Assembly: GCA_903955385.1 (NCBI GenBank)
Contig: CAJBNH010000158.1
Location: 11,658-75,657 of the forward strand
Direction of reading: 5' to 3'
Length of the DNA: 64,000 nucleotides
Origin: an uncultured Myxococcales bacterium
GTDB taxonomy: Bacteria; Myxococcota_A; UBA9042
Positions 1 to 8,646 of the stretch are shown piece after piece (position 1 is the stretch's first letter; every line of letters starts with the position of its first letter). Below the pieces are notes generated by a model, which made no database searches, had not been told where the DNA came from, and worked only from the letters and a program-made list of their open reading frames with translations. A program made the position numbers and the translations under genes.

Positions 1-194
1 AGCGCTTCCTGTCGCAGCCGTTCCACGTGGCCGAGACGTTCACCAGCATCCCCGGCAAGTACGTCAAGCTGGCGGACACCATCAAGGGTTTCAAGATGAT
101 CGCTGACGGCGAGCTGGACGACCTGCCCGAGCAGGCGTTCTTCATGGTCGGCACCATCGAAGAGGCCATCGAGAAGGCGCGCACCCTGCGGTAA
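1..194 (+). CDS. atpD: ATP synthase F1 beta subunit, C-terminal fragment (5' end outside window)
   Basis: Frame 3 reads ...[59 protein letters not shown] (TAA 192-194), the conserved AtpD C-terminus. Directly followed by atpC. Confidence 0.85.
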   Translation, partial: RFLSQPFHVAETFTSIPGKYVKLADTIKGFKMIADGELDDLPEQAFFMVGTIEEAIEKARTLR

Positions 195-233
195 GTCAGG
201 GTCGGGCAAGCGGAAAGCAGGCAGCGAGGCACC

Positions 234-644
234 ATGAAGGTCGAGATCGTCACCCCCGTCGGCGTCAAGTTCTCTGGCGAGGCCGCGGGCGTGCGTGCCC
301 CGGGCGCGCTGGGCGAGCTGGGCATCCTGCCCGGTCACCGCACGATGATGGCGGCCCTGCGGACGGGCGTGTGCATCGTCGCCGTGCCTGAGAAGGACCC
401 GCTGCACCTGGTGATCGACGCCGGCTATGTCCACGTGACCGATGGCAAGAACGTCACCATCACGACAGAGCTGTGCGAGGGCTGGCAGGACATCGACGCA
501 GCCGTCGCTCGCGTGGATCAGGAGAAGGCGACGGCTGCCTTGTCCGCCATCAAGGACGACATCTCCACGCTGCTGTGGCAGGCCCGGCGTCACGATCTGG
601 ACCTGGCCGAGACGCGGCTTCGCGTGGCGGCGTCGAAGTCGTGA
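234..644 (+). CDS. atpC: ATP synthase F1 epsilon subunit
   Basis: 136 aa MKVEIVTPVGVKFSGEAAGVRAPGALGELGILPGH..., typical epsilon subunit. Canonical position after atpD. Confidence 0.85.
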   Translation: MKVEIVTPVGVKFSGEAAGVRAPGALGELGILPGHRTMMAALRTGVCIVAVPEKDPLHLVIDAGYVHVTDGKNVTITTELCEGWQDIDAAVARVDQEKATAALSAIKDDISTLLWQARRHDLDLAETRLRVAASKS

Positions 645-1690
645 ACCGCCCGCGGGTCACGCAACAATCGATCATTCTGGGTGTTTTGTGCGCAGCGTTC
701 GTCGGGGCGACGGCGGGCTGCACCACTTCGCGTGCCGTGCTGGCGTGGGAGGCGGGCGCCAAGGCTGAGACCGCGGGCAAGTATGACACCGCCGTGTTGC
801 GGTATGGCGAGGCCGCGGGGCGCAACGGCCAGCTGGTCGGCGCCGCCTTGGGGCGGATCCGGGTGCTTGCGCGACTACCCGACCGGCGCAAGGAAGCCGA
901 CGAGCTGCTGACGGACCTGATGAAGAAGCAGGCGAGTCACCCGGCGGTTGCGGCGTTCGCGGCCTATCTGGCGCTGGTCGATGGCGACGCAAAGCTGGCG
1001 CGCAAGCGATTCGATGCCGGCAGGGCGCTACTGCCCGAAGACGCGCCCGATGTGGCTCAGGCCCGCCAAGAGGTCGAGGTGGCCCTGCTGGCGGCAGAGG
1101 GGAAGGCCCGCGAGGCGCACGAAAAAGCGCTTGCGCTGGGCGAGGTTCATCCGCGAACCGGGCTGCTGCGAGCCACCCTTGCGTGGAATGCGGGCGACGC
1201 GCCGGCGGCGACCACGGCGCTGGCGCTGGCCCCCGACTCTCCGCAGCGGGCCGTCTTGCAGGCGCTGCTCGCGCGTGGCGCCGGCGACTGGGCGGTTGTG
1301 ACCGCTGCGCTTGCCAAGCTGGAGGGCGAGGCGGTGACGCCGTTGGTGCTGGCCTTGAAGGCCGAAGCGCTGCTATCGCAAGGAGAATCCGCCAAAGCGT
1401 TGGAGCAGGCCGCCGAGGCCGTGCGCCGCGATCCGACCGCCGCGTATCCGACCGAGGTCTGGGCCGCCGCGCAGCTGGGTGCCGGGCAGGCCGCGCTGGC
1501 CAAGGACCTGCTGGCGGGGCTGACGGCGCGCGGGGCAGGGTGGTCGGCGTGGCATAACCTTGGGATCTGCCAAGTGAAGTTGGGCGACCTTGCGGCGGCG
1601 TCTGCGGCGTTCGACCAAGCCTTGGCTCGGTGTCCGACGTGCGAGGCACCCCGGAAGAATCGGGAAGTCCTGAAGAAGATCGGCTTCTGA
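641..1690 (+). CDS. TPR-repeat lipoprotein
   Basis: GTG 641 overlaps the atpC stop (GTGA). N-terminus VNRPRVTQQSIILGVLCAAFVGATAGC gives a signal peptide plus lipobox. Ala/Leu-rich helical repeats typical of TPR. The ORF-track start at 473 lies inside atpC and was rejected. Confidence 0.55.
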   Translation: MNRPRVTQQSIILGVLCAAFVGATAGCTTSRAVLAWEAGAKAETAGKYDTAVLRYGEAAGRNGQLVGAALGRIRVLARLPDRRKEADELLTDLMKKQASHPAVAAFAAYLALVDGDAKLARKRFDAGRALLPEDAPDVAQARQEVEVALLAAEGKAREAHEKALALGEVHPRTGLLRATLAWNAGDAPAATTALALAPDSPQRAVLQALLARGAGDWAVVTAALAKLEGEAVTPLVLALKAEALLSQGESAKALEQAAEAVRRDPTAAYPTEVWAAAQLGAGQAALAKDLLAGLTARGAGWSAWHNLGICQVKLGDLAAASAAFDQALARCPTCEAPRKNREVLKKIGF

Positions 1691-1781
1691 CGCGCGCCTT
1701 GTCCGAATTCGCCCTCCCTGTTAGAACCGAGTGCCGCGCAAGTGCGCGCCCTACCTGACGACCCTGCCACCGAGAATTGCC

Positions 1782-3404
1782 ATGCTCCACACCCCCGTGC
1801 GCTTGCTGTCCGTCCTGATCGCGCTTGCGGTCGCGCTACCTGTTCTGCAGGGCTGCGGCGAGCAGAAGAAGAAGTCCGAGATTCGCGCAGAGGAGGGAAC
1901 GGCCAACATCGCCGACCTGCTGGCCGCCCGCCGCGCGCGCATCGTCAAGCAGCTGCCGACATCGGACGATCCGGGCGACGAGGAGCATCCGTGGCTCGCG
2001 TGGATTAAGCGCTCGGTGACGACCACGCCGTCGAACGACCTGCGCAAGATCGCCATCAAGGCCAAGAAGACGGCGGCGGCCGACCAGGCTGAGACGCTGG
2101 CGAAGTACTTCGAGGCCCAGCGCGAGTACATGCTGAACGAGAAGATCGCGCCCAACGACTACATGCGCGAGATGGCCCCCGCCCGCCGCGACGCTCAGGG
2201 GCAGCCGTGGGCCGTGGACCTCGAGTTCGACGCGATCTTCTTCCACGCCGCCGAACAGGCCCGGACGTACACGCTGTTCGCCTGGGACCCGCACGACGAG
2301 CGCGTGATCCGCTTCTTCACCTACTGGAAGTACGTGTTCGACTTCGTGCCCCGGACCTCCATCTTCGAGGATGAGGTCAACCGCCTCTGCGATGAGAAGC
2401 TGAACGGCTACTGCAAGACCATCCCGATGGAGGAGCGTCCGTTCCAGGTGATGAGGCCGTACTACGAGGGCACGATTGCCAAGATCGCGGGCTACAAGGC
2501 GAAGTTCCCGAACAGCCCCTACAACCCGCTGCTGGACCGCATTGCCGCGCACTACAAGATCCGCATCGAGAAGGTGCCGAAGTTCGAAGAGTTCCCCGTG
2601 CTGCCGGCGATTCGCTCGACGATGGCCGCGCCGCTTGGCGGCAACGCCGTGATGTGGGTGACGGACCGCGGCATCACCTTGATGGACAACGAGCTGCGCA
2701 AGCCCGGCGTCGCCCCGGTGGTCGCGGACAAGCCCGCGGGCGCCCCGTGGAAGGCCGACTGGCTGCCCGACGAGGGCCTGGCAGCGCAGATTTCAGCGTT
2801 GGTGCAGGACGTTCGCAGCTCGACCATCTCGCAGTACAACCAGTCGCCCATCTTCATCGTCCCCGCTCCCGATGTGCCGGTCGGTTATCTGGAGCCCCTG
2901 CTGCGCGCTGCCGTCGTCGGTCCGAATGCCAAGGAGTGGCCGCAGCAGATTCTGGTCGGTCGCCGCCGCTCTGACGGCTCGAACCGGCGTGCTGGCTTCA
3001 CGATTTCTGTTCTGGCCGCAGACAAGGCTGTGCCGTTCAAGCTCAAGCCCATCGGGGCGAAGAAGGCGCTGACGTGCACGGCGTGGGCCGTGGTGGGCAA
3101 GGACCCGTTTGAGGCCAAGGGCTTCAAGCCGGTGGTCTGGCACGACGGCGACAAGGTCACGACTGCCCGCCTGGCCGATGACGGCACGTTGAACGATGCG
3201 CAGACCGCGCCCGGACACGGCGACGGCGACCGGCTCGAGACCTGGGCCGACCAGCAGACCGCCTCGATGGTCGTGGCCGTGTCTGCCAAGGCTGGCTATG
3301 CCAAGCTGCTCGAAGCGCTCAACGGCGTGGCGGTCAAGTGTGGCGAGGAAGAAGGCTGCCGGATCCCGCGCACGTCGCCGATCTTCATCGCGACCTGCCG
3401 TTGA
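1782..3404 (+). CDS. Lipoprotein, function unknown
   Basis: ATG 1782. MLHTPVRLLSVLIALAVALPVLQGCGEQ gives a signal peptide plus LQGC lipobox. 540 aa, no recognised catalytic motif. Confidence 0.5.
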   Translation: MLHTPVRLLSVLIALAVALPVLQGCGEQKKKSEIRAEEGTANIADLLAARRARIVKQLPTSDDPGDEEHPWLAWIKRSVTTTPSNDLRKIAIKAKKTAAADQAETLAKYFEAQREYMLNEKIAPNDYMREMAPARRDAQGQPWAVDLEFDAIFFHAAEQARTYTLFAWDPHDERVIRFFTYWKYVFDFVPRTSIFEDEVNRLCDEKLNGYCKTIPMEERPFQVMRPYYEGTIAKIAGYKAKFPNSPYNPLLDRIAAHYKIRIEKVPKFEEFPVLPAIRSTMAAPLGGNAVMWVTDRGITLMDNELRKPGVAPVVADKPAGAPWKADWLPDEGLAAQISALVQDVRSSTISQYNQSPIFIVPAPDVPVGYLEPLLRAAVVGPNAKEWPQQILVGRRRSDGSNRRAGFTISVLAADKAVPFKLKPIGAKKALTCTAWAVVGKDPFEAKGFKPVVWHDGDKVTTARLADDGTLNDAQTAPGHGDGDRLETWADQQTASMVVAVSAKAGYAKLLEALNGVAVKCGEEEGCRIPRTSPIFIATCR

Positions 3405-3555
3405 CCTCTGCGACTGCCGAATCGGCTCTCGCGACTGTCTGACGGGAACCTCGGCGCGGTGGCACCCTATCGACCGATAGTCGTGGTCCATACAGATCAA
3501 TGGCTTACGTGGACGGCGGGCGGGCGGGCGGCCTGGACGATCCACCCACCATTGA

Positions 3556-3662
3556 AAATGGCGGGCTATCAGTTGAGAAGCCCGCCTGCGCGGGCTACCT
3601 GGCCGCTGAGCCCACGAAGGTGGGCTTCCCATGTGATAGCCCGGGGTTTCTAACCCTGGGTG
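3556..3662. other. Structured element in a 372-nt non-coding gap between convergent genes (alternative hairpins GCGGGC/GCCCGC/GCGGGC, GAGCCCAC-GAAG-GTGGGCTT, GGGTT-TCT-AACCC)
   Basis: Read directly. The ORF-track ORFs in this gap have no protein-like composition. Confidence 0.25.
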
Positions 3663-3776
3663 GCACGATCCAGGCGAGTCGGGCAGTGCGGCGGATCGCG
3701 TCCGGTGAGCGCTTCGATAGGCTTGTTATCGAGAGGGTCTTCGCTCGCAGCCGGGGTTCCTGCCTGAGCTGCAGCG

Positions 3777-6677
3777 CTATTCCCCGTCCGCGCCGTCCTT
3801 GTCCGGGGCAGTGTCGGGCTTGGGCTTCTGCGTGTAGACGCAGGCGGGCGCGGGCGGTTGGGCCTTGCGGACCCACAACTCGATCTCTTGCGTCTTCCAG
3901 TGCTTCAGCGTGCGGTCGACGAAGACCTTGTCGCGCATGAAGTTATCGCGCTCGAAGGGGCGCTTGGCGACCGACTGCGGCGCGAAGTACGACATGGGTG
4001 CTGCCACGAAGAACTTCACGTGGTCGCTGCACACCTTGGTCCAGAACTCCTGCGGCGTGACCATGCCGGTGTTGAAGACCTTGGAGTTCGTGTCGACCTC
4101 GTTGCCCGCCAACCGACGTCCGGACAGCATCGCGATCAGCGGGGCGTAGTCGCTGGCCCCGGTAATCGTGTCTTGTTCCGTGGTGTTGGCGCGGACGTAG
4201 GCGGCCATCTCCTCTGCCGTCGACCACCAGCGCTTCTTGTTCCACAGGTAATGGTGCACGCCCGACTCGATGCTGCCTCGCAAGCGCACGCCCTGCCAGA
4301 ACAGCGCGTGGCTCAGCTCGTCGACCACGGCGGGACCCGGCGCCGGGCTCCACGGAAACTCGAGGCGCTCGCCCAAGCCCTTCGAGCTGGTCACTGCCTT
4401 GAATTCGCTGGGAAAGGCCTTGCGATTGGCGGCCATGTTGACGGGCACCCACGCCATCGTCAGCAGCACGGCCCCGACCGTCACCGCGACCCAGCCCCCA
4501 GTGGGCGCGAACGGGCGGGTCGGCTCCTGCCCAGCGGAAGTCGGCAGCGACTCGGCCAGCATCACGACCTTGACCAACCGCGCCACGGTGCCGATCCACG
4601 ATGCGGCCGCGATCGCCAGCGTCGGCATCAGCAGCGAGTAGTAGAAGTCGTAACGCTCCTTGAACTGTCCGAACTCCATGAGGAGCGCCAGCGTCACCGC
4701 CCAGATCAGCAGCGTGAAGCCACCGTCGGCCGGCTGGCGCCACCAAGCGCGCGGGTTCCACAACAGCTCCCAAGACGGCAGGGCAGCGGCGGTCCGGCGG
4801 GCGGCAGCGTCGGCAAGGGTGCGTACTTGCAGGACATGGTGCCGGGCGCGGTCGACGGCGATGGTCAGGACGACGCCCAACGGCGCGACAAGCGCCAGCC
4901 ACCAATGCGCGGCGTGGTAGTAGACGTTCTTGGTGAAGTCGCCGCTGTCTAGCAAGAGGAAGAAATTCGAGAGGATCGCAATGGGACCATCGCCGGGCGG
5001 CGTGAAGCCCGCAACCTTGGCCTTCTTGGCGAAGTGGTAGGTGTAGGCGCCCTGGATGTACGCGTCGCCCGCCAGCCACAGGAAGAACAGGTTCAGCGTG
5101 CCCCACACGGCCAGAAAGCCGAGGGTCAGGCGCACGCCGGGATGCCGCAGCAGGCGCCGCCACACGGGCTCACCCACCGTCGCGGCTGGGGGCAGCGGCA
5201 GGAAGGCCGCGAGCACGACCGTCGCCAGATAGCCGCCCACGCCGTAGAAGCCCGTCGAGGCTGCCGCACCCAACAGCAGACCACCCAACAGGAATCGCCG
5301 TGAGAACACCGCCCACAGGCCGGCCATCATCCACGCCGTCGTCAGGTTGATGCCGGTCAGGTTGGTCGAGGCCTGCAGCACCTCGCACGACGTCCAGTAC
5401 AGGGCCAGCGCCGCCAACCCCGGCCACACGCCGAGAAATCGCCTGGCCATGCGCCAGACGAACACGCCCGCAACCGTCGCAGCCGCGACCGACAGCCACT
5501 TGCCGACCAGGAAGCCCGAGCCGAGCACCAGGTACAACAGGGCCGGCACTGCGATGTGCAAGGGCGGGTGCGCGAAGAAGAAGTCGCGGTACGGCCACAG
5601 CCCTTCGGTCCAGGACCGGGCGGCATAGAAGTAGATGGCCTCGTCGGTGGTCGAGTAGCGAAGTCCGTTGGTCTTCAGAATCAGGAAAGCGGCAAGAAGC
5701 GCGGCGAACACAAGCACTTCGGCGTTTCTGGTGACGACGTGCAGCCCTCGCTCGCCCCACCGATGCAGCACCAACGCCAGGGCCACCGCGGCCAGTCCGG
5801 CCACTCCCGCGACGTGCAGCGCGACACCGGGTGCCGGATGCGACGCCACCAGCGGCCACGCGACCGGCAGCAGCAGCAGCGCCCCTGCCGCGCCCCATGC
5901 CAGCGACCGCGACAGCTCGCGCGAGGTCGCCAGCAGCACCAGCACTCCCGTCGCCAGTGCCGCGTGGGCCAGCGTCATCGTCGGACCGGCCAGCGCCGTC
6001 GTGACGAGCTTGCCTTGAGGTCCCACGGGTGCCAGCACGCCGGTCAGGGCGCCCCACACGGCCGGGGTCGAGCTGCCGACCCAACCGACCGGCAGGCAGG
6101 CGATCAGCCAAAGGCCAAACGTTCCGGCAGCAAAGACGGTGCGTGCTGACAGCGACGTGGGCGCGAGTCCCAGCGCAATTGCGCCAGCGGCAGAAATCGC
6201 TGCCAAGACAGCCGGTTGCATGCCGAATAGGGGTGTCTGCAGCGGCGCCGTCCACGTGTCCAGCCCCGACGTCGCGCCGCGCAGTCCAAGAGACAGCAGC
6301 GCAAGCGCCACCGACCCGACCAGCAGCGCATCGGCGAACTTGTCGTCCGGGCGTCGGGCAAGCCAGGTGCCTCCCACCGCAAGACCGATGGCGGCGAGCG
6401 TCGCAAGGGTCGTCAGCACCCGCACCGACGGGAAGACGGAGCCCGAGTCGGGCAGCGCGAGCGCCACCAACGCCAGCGCGGCCGCAGCCGCCAACGCCTG
6501 AAGCCAGCGCGGCGATACTGCGGCGGCAGGGGCAGGGACGTGGGGAGCGGGCTCTGCGGACCTGGCGTCGGCGGCAACTTCGGTTGCGGCAACCGGCAAC
6601 GCCGCCTGGTCCGAGTCGCGGGATTCCGCAGCAGGATGGGCTGCTTCGGGGACTCGGCTGCGGGTCTTTTTGGCCAT
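3777..6677 (-). CDS. GT-C fold membrane glycosyltransferase (PMT/ArnT-like, polyprenyl-phosphate-sugar dependent) with large C-terminal soluble domain
   Basis: 966 aa. More than 12 predicted TM helices after a low-complexity N-terminus. The TTDEAIYFYAARSW motif in the first loop resembles the DE motif of GT39/GT83 enzymes. ATG 6677 lies 3 nt after the meaB stop. Confidence 0.55.
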   Translation of the reverse strand: MAKKTRSRVPEAAHPAAESRDSDQAALPVAATEVAADARSAEPAPHVPAPAAAVSPRWLQALAAAAALALVALALPDSGSVFPSVRVLTTLATLAAIGLAVGGTWLARRPDDKFADALLVGSVALALLSLGLRGATSGLDTWTAPLQTPLFGMQPAVLAAISAAGAIALGLAPTSLSARTVFAAGTFGLWLIACLPVGWVGSSTPAVWGALTGVLAPVGPQGKLVTTALAGPTMTLAHAALATGVLVLLATSRELSRSLAWGAAGALLLLPVAWPLVASHPAPGVALHVAGVAGLAAVALALVLHRWGERGLHVVTRNAEVLVFAALLAAFLILKTNGLRYSTTDEAIYFYAARSWTEGLWPYRDFFFAHPPLHIAVPALLYLVLGSGFLVGKWLSVAAATVAGVFVWRMARRFLGVWPGLAALALYWTSCEVLQASTNLTGINLTTAWMMAGLWAVFSRRFLLGGLLLGAAASTGFYGVGGYLATVVLAAFLPLPPAATVGEPVWRRLLRHPGVRLTLGFLAVWGTLNLFFLWLAGDAYIQGAYTYHFAKKAKVAGFTPPGDGPIAILSNFFLLLDSGDFTKNVYYHAAHWWLALVAPLGVVLTIAVDRARHHVLQVRTLADAAARRTAAALPSWELLWNPRAWWRQPADGGFTLLIWAVTLALLMEFGQFKERYDFYYSLLMPTLAIAAASWIGTVARLVKVVMLAESLPTSAGQEPTRPFAPTGGWVAVTVGAVLLTMAWVPVNMAANRKAFPSEFKAVTSSKGLGERLEFPWSPAPGPAVVDELSHALFWQGVRLRGSIESGVHHYLWNKKRWWSTAEEMAAYVRANTTEQDTITGASDYAPLIAMLSGRRLAGNEVDTNSKVFNTGMVTPQEFWTKVCSDHVKFFVAAPMSYFAPQSVAKRPFERDNFMRDKVFVDRTLKHWKTQEIELWVRKAQPPAPACVYTQKPKPDTAPDKDGADGE

Positions 6678-6680
6678 GGG

Positions 6681-7655
6681 TCAGCTTCCGCGGGGTTCGG
6701 TGCCGGGCGGCCGCGCAATCGCCTGAAGCATCGCGCGGTCGGCGGCGGAGTAGGGGTCGCGCTTGCGGTCGGCGACTTCGGCGACGAGATCCCGGCCGTC
6801 GGCGGTGGCGGTCAGCCAGCGATGCGCCATGCGGGTACAGGTCTCGCGCACAAGGCCGGTGACGACGAAGGCGGCGCGGGCGCGTTCCCGCTCAGCGCGG
6901 CTGGGGCTGGAGGTCAGGAACTGGCCGTGGCGCAGGATTTCCTCGCCCAACAGGTCGATACCCTCACCCCGCGAGGCGATGGTGCGCACAATGGGCGGCA
7001 TCCACTCAGGCATCTCGGACAGCAGCATTTGCAAGCCGCGTAGATCACTGACCGTTCGGTCGGCGCCATCGGCATCGGCCTTGTTCACCACGAACACGTC
7101 GGCGATCTCGAGGATGCCCGCCTTGATCGCCTGAATGTCGTCGCCCATCCCCGGCACCATCACGACGACGGTGGTGTCGGCGGTGCGCACGATGTCGATC
7201 TCGTCCTGACCCACGCCCACAGTCTCGACCAGCACGACGTCGTAGCCCATCGCGTCCATCACGTGGACCATCTCACTGGTTGACCGCGACAGACCGCCCA
7301 GAGCGCCGCGGGTGGCGAGCGAGCGGATGAAGACGCCGGGGTCGGCTGCGTGCTCCATCATCCGGATGCGGTCGCCCAGGATGGCGCCGCCGGAGAAGGG
7401 GCTGGAAGGATCCACCGCCAGCACGCCGACTTTCAGACCTTGGCGGCGGTAGTGACCGACCAGCCGACTGCACAGCGTGGACTTGCCGGAGCCGGGGTTG
7501 CCGGTCAGACCGATGACGCGCGCGCGGCCGGTGTGGGGGTACAGCAGGCGCAGCACGTCGGTCGCGCCCGGCTCGCGGTCGTCGAGCATGCGCATCAGGC
7601 GGGCGCCCGCGCGAAGGTCTCCAGCGAGGATGGCAGCGGCAGCTTGCTCGCGCAT
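6681..7655 (-). CDS. meaB: G3E-family GTPase MeaB/ArgK (methylmalonyl-CoA mutase-associated metallochaperone)
   Basis: Walker A GLTGNPGSGKSTL and VDPSSPFSGGAILGDRIRM are MeaB signatures. The start overlaps the upstream gene's stop by 1 nt. Confidence 0.85.
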   Translation of the reverse strand: MREQAAAAILAGDLRAGARLMRMLDDREPGATDVLRLLYPHTGRARVIGLTGNPGSGKSTLCSRLVGHYRRQGLKVGVLAVDPSSPFSGGAILGDRIRMMEHAADPGVFIRSLATRGALGGLSRSTSEMVHVMDAMGYDVVLVETVGVGQDEIDIVRTADTTVVVMVPGMGDDIQAIKAGILEIADVFVVNKADADGADRTVSDLRGLQMLLSEMPEWMPPIVRTIASRGEGIDLLGEEILRHGQFLTSSPSRAERERARAAFVVTGLVRETCTRMAHRWLTATADGRDLVAEVADRKRDPYSAADRAMLQAIARPPGTEPRGS

Positions 7656-8524
7656 CAGAACTCGGCGCCGACCTTGACCGTGATCACGTTGAGCCCGTCG
7701 GTGAACGACCGCATGAACTCGGCGCCCAGCTGTGCGCGCATCACGACCGTGCGCAGACCCACCGCGGCGCGGTGTCCCAAGGCCTCAGAGACGTTGCCCC
7801 AGCTGCCAAATTCCTCCACGACGATCACGTCGGGGCGTACCGCATGCTCGTCGGCGAACGTCAGCAGTTGGTGGGTGCCGACGTAGGTATACGTCATCGA
7901 GTAGCCCAGCCACGGCTCCAGCGTCATGACGCCGGCGATGCCGAAAGACTTGGAAATTGCGACGTCGGCGCCCACGATGAACATGTCGACGTCCGAGTTG
8001 CCCAGCACGGTGTTGAGGCTGGCGCGCACGCCCAGATCGGGGATGTACTTGAAGCCGTCGATCAGCGACAGGCCCAGCTCAGCGCCAAAAGCCCACAGGT
8101 CCGAGTCGTTCAGATTCGTCAGCACCGTGCCGATTTGCGCTTGGTGGGGTAGGCCCTTGCGCACCCGCAGCTGTCCACTGGTGACCAGACTCTTGGGGGC
8201 GTCGGCGGCCTTCTGCCAGTACTCGGCTTTGTCGTGGATGCCAATCCAACTGCTCTCGAACGTGGCGCTGTAGCCCAAGGGGCCGCCTGACGCGCCGGGA
8301 CCCAACATGCGGGGCCCCAGGGCGAGTCCGATCTCGCGCATCAGGGAGTTGTAGCCTTCCTGCCGCACGGCTTGCAGCGCCGTCGTCTGGGTGCCCGCGA
8401 AGAATTTCTCCAGGTGCAAGTCCAGCGGTCCGGCGAACGCGGGCAGGGAAAGCCCCATCGTCGCAAGCACGAGCAGTGCGGTGACGAGGACCCGGACCAC
8501 CGATTGCCGCTGCGTTCCACCCAT
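7655..8524 (-). CDS. Putative outer-membrane beta-barrel protein
   Basis: Signal peptide MGGTQRQSVVRVLVTALLVLATMGLSLPAFA/GP. Alternating hydrophobic pattern. Terminal ...KVGAEF ends in the aromatic residue typical of OMP C-termini. Start chosen at the internal ATG (8524) rather than the ORF-track start 8593. Confidence 0.45.
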   Translation of the reverse strand: MGGTQRQSVVRVLVTALLVLATMGLSLPAFAGPLDLHLEKFFAGTQTTALQAVRQEGYNSLMREIGLALGPRMLGPGASGGPLGYSATFESSWIGIHDKAEYWQKAADAPKSLVTSGQLRVRKGLPHQAQIGTVLTNLNDSDLWAFGAELGLSLIDGFKYIPDLGVRASLNTVLGNSDVDMFIVGADVAISKSFGIAGVMTLEPWLGYSMTYTYVGTHQLLTFADEHAVRPDVIVVEEFGSWGNVSEALGHRAAVGLRTVVMRAQLGAEFMRSFTDGLNVITVKVGAEF

Positions 8525-8646
8525 GTGCCGTCTCCGCGCGCGATTGTCGCCGCTCTCCCGCCTGAATGCGGACCGTTGCGGCATTGTGGCCAAGCGTGGC
8601 CGCGATGTCCACAGACAGCCGATACCTGCAGATGGGCCTGTAGAGG

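Noticed and set aside
473-1690. ORF-track start at 473 for the TPR lipoprotein
   Set aside because: It would overlap atpC by 170 nt in another frame. The GTG at 641 gives a proper signal peptide and lipobox, and overlaps the atpC stop.
442-1790. Many long ORFs overlapping or antisense to called genes (e.g. 672-1790 minus, 948-1301, 1147-1770)
   Set aside because: Arg/Pro/Ala-rich low-complexity translations typical of off-frame reading of 70% GC DNA. They overlap genes with clear homology.
3459-3940. ORFs 3459-3653, 3500-3940 and 3595-3876 in the convergent intergenic gap
   Set aside because: No signal peptide or domain features, biased composition, and the region is better explained as structured RNA or terminators.
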